A stretch of 5,726 nt of DNA, taken from positions 1 through 5,726 of the IMG/VR virus record IMGVR_UViG_3300045988_000721. One strand, 5' to 3'. The translations under genes and the position numbers were made by a program. The stretch comes from a virus. Every line of letters starts with the position of its first letter. Within the stretch, counting starts at the first letter, position 1. Below are positions 3,304-5,726 of the stretch, one piece after another. The notes beneath the pieces are model-generated. The model made no database searches. It was not told where the DNA came from and was given only the letters and a program-made list of their open reading frames with translations.

Positions 3304-4989
3304 TTACAGCTTATACAGGCCCGGCACGCTATACAACGGCATCCGTCTTGTGGTTTTGTTTGCCACTCGCACGGCTCCGAAAAATTGCGGTTCGCTCTGC
3401 ACGATTAGTGTTCTTGCAATCTCTTCTTTGCCCTCTGCCATCCATTCTTGACTGAGTGTTGGCACAGCGTTGTAGTTGTCGGCGTAGTGCCAGAAATCTA
3501 ACGTCCCGTTTGCGTTGCTTCTCATGAGGCCAGATACTCGGTTTGGCTTCATGCGGTAGTCTGCCCATGCTTCCTGATAGCCGAATGTCTCTTCGTCAGT
3601 TGCTTCACCGGTTAGCATGATTTCTTTCTTCTTTACTGGCTGTTCGCCGAGATTTGCAAACTGTGGTACATAGTAGTCTAGCCTGTCGCGTCTGCTCCAG
3701 AATCGTTCCAATCCCTGCTGGTAACTGCGGTTGTGTCGTACACACGCAACACCGATTACAAACCCGTGCTCTTCAAAACTCTTTGTGAAGGAGCTTTCTC
3801 TGATAGGTGTTACGGATATTGCACCGGTTTCACCGATGGGTGTATCGTTTTCCGTCTGCTGGCCGCTGGTCTGTACAATCTGGTTTACGTTGACTTGGTA
3901 TCTGCCGCCTCCCAGATATTCCGGAATTTGTACGGTTTTATCACTGATTGTCACATCCCATAATGCGCGTACCTGTTCGCGGTACCGGCTGCCACCTCTG
4001 GCCAATGCTTCATAGTACTGCTGCACTGCTACGGCCTGTCTTAAGTCGTTGATTGTTGTTGCTGTTACGTTGCTCAGGTCTGCCGCTATTCTTTCGCCTG
4101 CTTTTGCGCCGCTGCTGATATATCCCAAAACTGCACGCGCTTTTTCATCTGTATTATTGTAATTTTGGGTCATCATTTGAGTTACTGAATGGTGCAGGTA
4201 CCCGGCTTCATTTGTCCAAGTTCCGTTGTTTTTAAGGTCTTGAATCGTTAATGGGTTGTCTTTTGCGTCTGCCCAATATATTGGTGCATTTCCGGTCATT
4301 GGCATCGTAATTTCCGGCCCACGCTGTGGGTAAGGCATACAGGATGTGAAGTAGTCGTGGTATTTGTTTACCGGAAGCAGATTCCCACCTAGTACTGCGT
4401 TTTGCAGGTCGGTTTCCAGTGTTTCCGTTTTTTCTGGCGTAAATTTGTATGTCACGTCTGCGTCGTCGCTTTTTAACACTGCCATGTTTTCCACGTTTTC
4501 ATCTCTAAAAAATTCGTTCCAGATTTTGACATATGCCCTGATTGGTAATGCGTTGATGCTGAATGGTTTTTTGATTTTCGTAGGCACACCCATGTAGTCC
4601 AAAATGGACTTTTCATTAGGTGCCGGGTTTGGTGTTGACGCATTGATTTTAATCTGTGGTACTGCGTATTCCTTGGTAGGCATCCATGGTGTTTCTTCAA
4701 CCTCACCCATGAAATGTCTGAAGTTATCCCACAAGATTCTGTTTGGCGTGTAGAAGTAGTAGAAATCAATGAATGCATCATCCATGACCGGATATTTCGG
4801 TGTGCTCATACGGATAATTGCCGTTGTGTCTACTTGGAAAGTGTCTCCCGGTAATACTTCGTCTACGAAAAATGGAATTAGTTTGCCGGAATCAAATGTG
4901 GTCAAGATAGTCTGGTCTCTGTTGAATCTTGTTCGGCTTGCGTGCATTTCCGGAATCTGAAGGAAATGTCTTTCATTATTTCTGTTCAT
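3304..4989 (-). CDS. VP1: Major capsid protein VP1 (Microviridae F-protein family, gokushovirus-type).
   Basis: 561 aa. The N-terminus is typical of the family (SRTRFNRDQTILTTFDSGKLIPFFVDEVLPGDTF) and the length fits gokushovirus VP1. Strong SD ggagga 5-10 nt upstream of the ATG. The start overlaps the VP3 end by 14 nt. Confidence 0.95.
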   Translation of the reverse strand: MNRNNERHFLQIPEMHASRTRFNRDQTILTTFDSGKLIPFFVDEVLPGDTFQVDTTAIIRMSTPKYPVMDDAFIDFYYFYTPNRILWDNFRHFMGEVEETPWMPTKEYAVPQIKINASTPNPAPNEKSILDYMGVPTKIKKPFSINALPIRAYVKIWNEFFRDENVENMAVLKSDDADVTYKFTPEKTETLETDLQNAVLGGNLLPVNKYHDYFTSCMPYPQRGPEITMPMTGNAPIYWADAKDNPLTIQDLKNNGTWTNEAGYLHHSVTQMMTQNYNNTDEKARAVLGYISSGAKAGERIAADLSNVTATTINDLRQAVAVQQYYEALARGGSRYREQVRALWDVTISDKTVQIPEYLGGGRYQVNVNQIVQTSGQQTENDTPIGETGAISVTPIRESSFTKSFEEHGFVIGVACVRHNRSYQQGLERFWSRRDRLDYYVPQFANLGEQPVKKKEIMLTGEATDEETFGYQEAWADYRMKPNRVSGLMRSNANGTLDFWHYADNYNAVPTLSQEWMAEGKEEIARTLIVQSEPQFFGAVRVANKTTRRMPLYSVPGLYKL

Positions 4990-5386
4990 TTGCTTCCTCC
5001 TTCTGCACCTTTTCTTGTGCGGCTTCCTGTGCCTTTTTCAGCTCTTCCAGCTTCATGGCTTTTACTTGTGCCGTTGCCATCATCTGGTGATACTCGTGTA
5101 TGTTCTGTGGCCATCCGGTAATATCCGTGATAGGCGTTTCTTTCTTGGATAGTGCTCCCTGTGACAGACTTGCCATAAAGGCTGGATCGAAACTCGCTTT
5201 CTTCACGATGTTTTTGATGTCACATTCGTCCGAATAGCTTTCAATTTCTGCTTGCACGTCAATACTCTCGGTTTCCTGTAGGTACTCTTTGCCGTTCTTG
5301 TCCTTTGCCCAGATGTATTGTTTTCGTTCGTTTTTGCCCGGTTCAGAAAAGAGGGGCTTTCGCCCCTCCTCATATCGTTTATTCAT
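4976..5386 (-). CDS. VP3: Internal scaffolding protein VP3.
   Basis: 136 aa, located directly upstream of VP1. It contains DECDIKNIVKK, matching the conserved ECDINNI(V/L)KK-type motif I recall from gokushovirus VP3, and an acidic/Lys-rich helical C-terminus. SD GGAGGG lies 9 nt upstream. It overlaps the VP5-like stop by 8 nt (ATGAATAA). Confidence 0.8.
   Translation of the reverse strand: MNKRYEEGRKPLFSEPGKNERKQYIWAKDKNGKEYLQETESIDVQAEIESYSDECDIKNIVKKASFDPAFMASLSQGALSKKETPITDITGWPQNIHEYHQMMATAQVKAMKLEELKKAQEAAQEKVQKEEANEQK
5345..5368 (-). terminator. Terminator-like hairpin located inside the first 42 nt of the VP3 coding sequence: 7-bp GC stem, GAAA tetraloop, TTTTCT tail.
   Basis: In minus sense: GAGGGGC-GAAA-GCCCCTC-TTTTCT. 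The stem pairs 5351-5357 with 5362-5368. It encodes EEGRKPLFS. Its function is uncertain and could be an attenuator, an RNA stability element or a translational pause. Confidence 0.3.
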
Positions 5387-5618
5387 TCGGTTTGCCCTCC
5401 CATACCTTTTCCTTGTCGTTCTGGAAGTTGCCCTGTTCGTCCTCGAAATCAGCCAGTTTGTAGCCGGTGTAGTCCTGCGGGCTCTGCCCGATGAAGGTCT
5501 TCTCGTCTTTTGCCATTACGTTGCACATGCGTGCAAAGGTCGCGTTGTTTTTGCTTTCGCCTACCCATGCATAGCACTTTGCTACGTTGTCCCAGATACC
5601 ATAATAGGAATGAATCAT
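5379..5618 (-). CDS. VP5: Small non-structural protein, VP5-like (gokushovirus ORF5 family).
   Basis: 79 aa. The pattern Y-x-I-x-D-x-x-A-x-x-Y ... A-R-M, followed by P-x-D-Y-x-x-Y-x-L-x-x-F-(E/D)-x-x-x-G, fits my recollection of the VP5 family. The position immediately upstream of VP3 is as expected. RBS aaagga lies about 9 nt upstream. Confidence 0.6.
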   Translation of the reverse strand: MIHSYYGIWDNVAKCYAWVGESKNNATFARMCNVMAKDEKTFIGQSPQDYTGYKLADFEDEQGNFQNDKEKVWEGKPNE

Positions 5619-5634
5619 TGTTTTTGTCCTTTCT

Positions 5635-5726
5635 TTACAGCCGGATGCCTCCGCGCATGGGCTTCTGACTCAGGTTGATAGTTTTAGTTTTTCGTGCGGT
5701 GACATTGAACATGCGTTTATCTTTTC
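5635..5726 (-). CDS. 3' portion of the same 33-aa basic ORF. Bases 5672-5726 duplicate 1-55, and the first 10 nt of the ORF lie beyond the window end in this copy.
   Basis: Same reading frame as 1-65 across the junction, with stop TAA at 5635-5637 (plus-strand tta). The C-terminus PMRGGIRL resembles, from memory, the C-termini of gokushovirus ORF8-type basic proteins. Confidence 0.5.
   Translation of the reverse strand, partial: KDKRMFNVTARKTKTINLSQKPMRGGIRL
5672..5726. repeat. Terminal redundancy, copy 2 (identical to 1-55). The unit genome length is 5,671 nt.
   Basis: Exact 55-nt match to the window start. Removing one copy closes the circle. Confidence 0.9.

Noticed and set aside
3329-4781. 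Same-strand nested ORFs inside VP1 in other frames (3329-3568, 79 aa; 4473-4781, 102 aa), considered as possible phiX174 E-like or K-like overprinted genes.
   Set aside because: Neither has a transmembrane segment like protein E, an RBS or a recognisable motif. Both are Arg/His/Thr-rich, as expected from frame-shifted capsid codons. They cannot be supported without conservation evidence.
77-5678. All plus-strand ORFs in the track (77-376, 336-677, 661-1002, 1378-1572, 1793-2005, 2158-2406, 2186-2395, 2500-2745, 2631-2843, 3043-3249, 3075-3275, 3731-4015, 3733-3963, 4364-4597, 4769-4960, 5289-5678).
   Set aside because: Each lies antisense to a well-supported minus-strand gene. Their compositions are low-complexity and Leu/Ser/Phe/Cys-rich, typical of shadow frames. 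They lack RBSs and recognisable motifs. Microviridae are not known to code on the complementary strand.

Overview
The window is one complete circular ssDNA phage genome of the family Microviridae, gokushovirus-like. Bases 1-55 are repeated exactly at 5672-5726, which is an assembly overlap, so the circle is 5,671 nt. All credible genes lie on the window minus strand. In coding order they are: M15-family peptidase (815->423), 75-aa ORF (297->70), a 33-aa very basic ORF that crosses the circular junction and is absent from the ORF track (65->1 joined to 5671->5635), VP5-like (5618->5379), VP3 scaffold (5386->4976), VP1 major capsid (4989->3304), VP2 pilot/minor capsid (3265->2411) and VP4 rolling-circle Rep (2414->1392). 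The core order VP4-VP5-VP3-VP1-VP2 matches what I recall for gokushoviruses. The accessory material sits between VP4 and VP5. It consists of a 576-nt non-coding region (816-1391, about 10% of the genome), then the peptidase and small ORFs. The non-coding region is the most unusual part. It has an AT-rich half (26% GC by my count) carrying a sigma70-type promoter, a tandem repeat with two DnaA-box-like 9-mers and recurring GTTTTCAAC motifs. This abuts a 67.5% GC island made almost entirely of nested hairpins: a 22-bp alternating purine-pyrimidine stem, a compact three-way junction, a 12-bp GC hairpin and a perfect 14-bp hairpin. Several orientation-sensitive cues in that island point to the strand antisense to all genes. 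No tRNA, rRNA, CRISPR array, integrase or transposase is visible.
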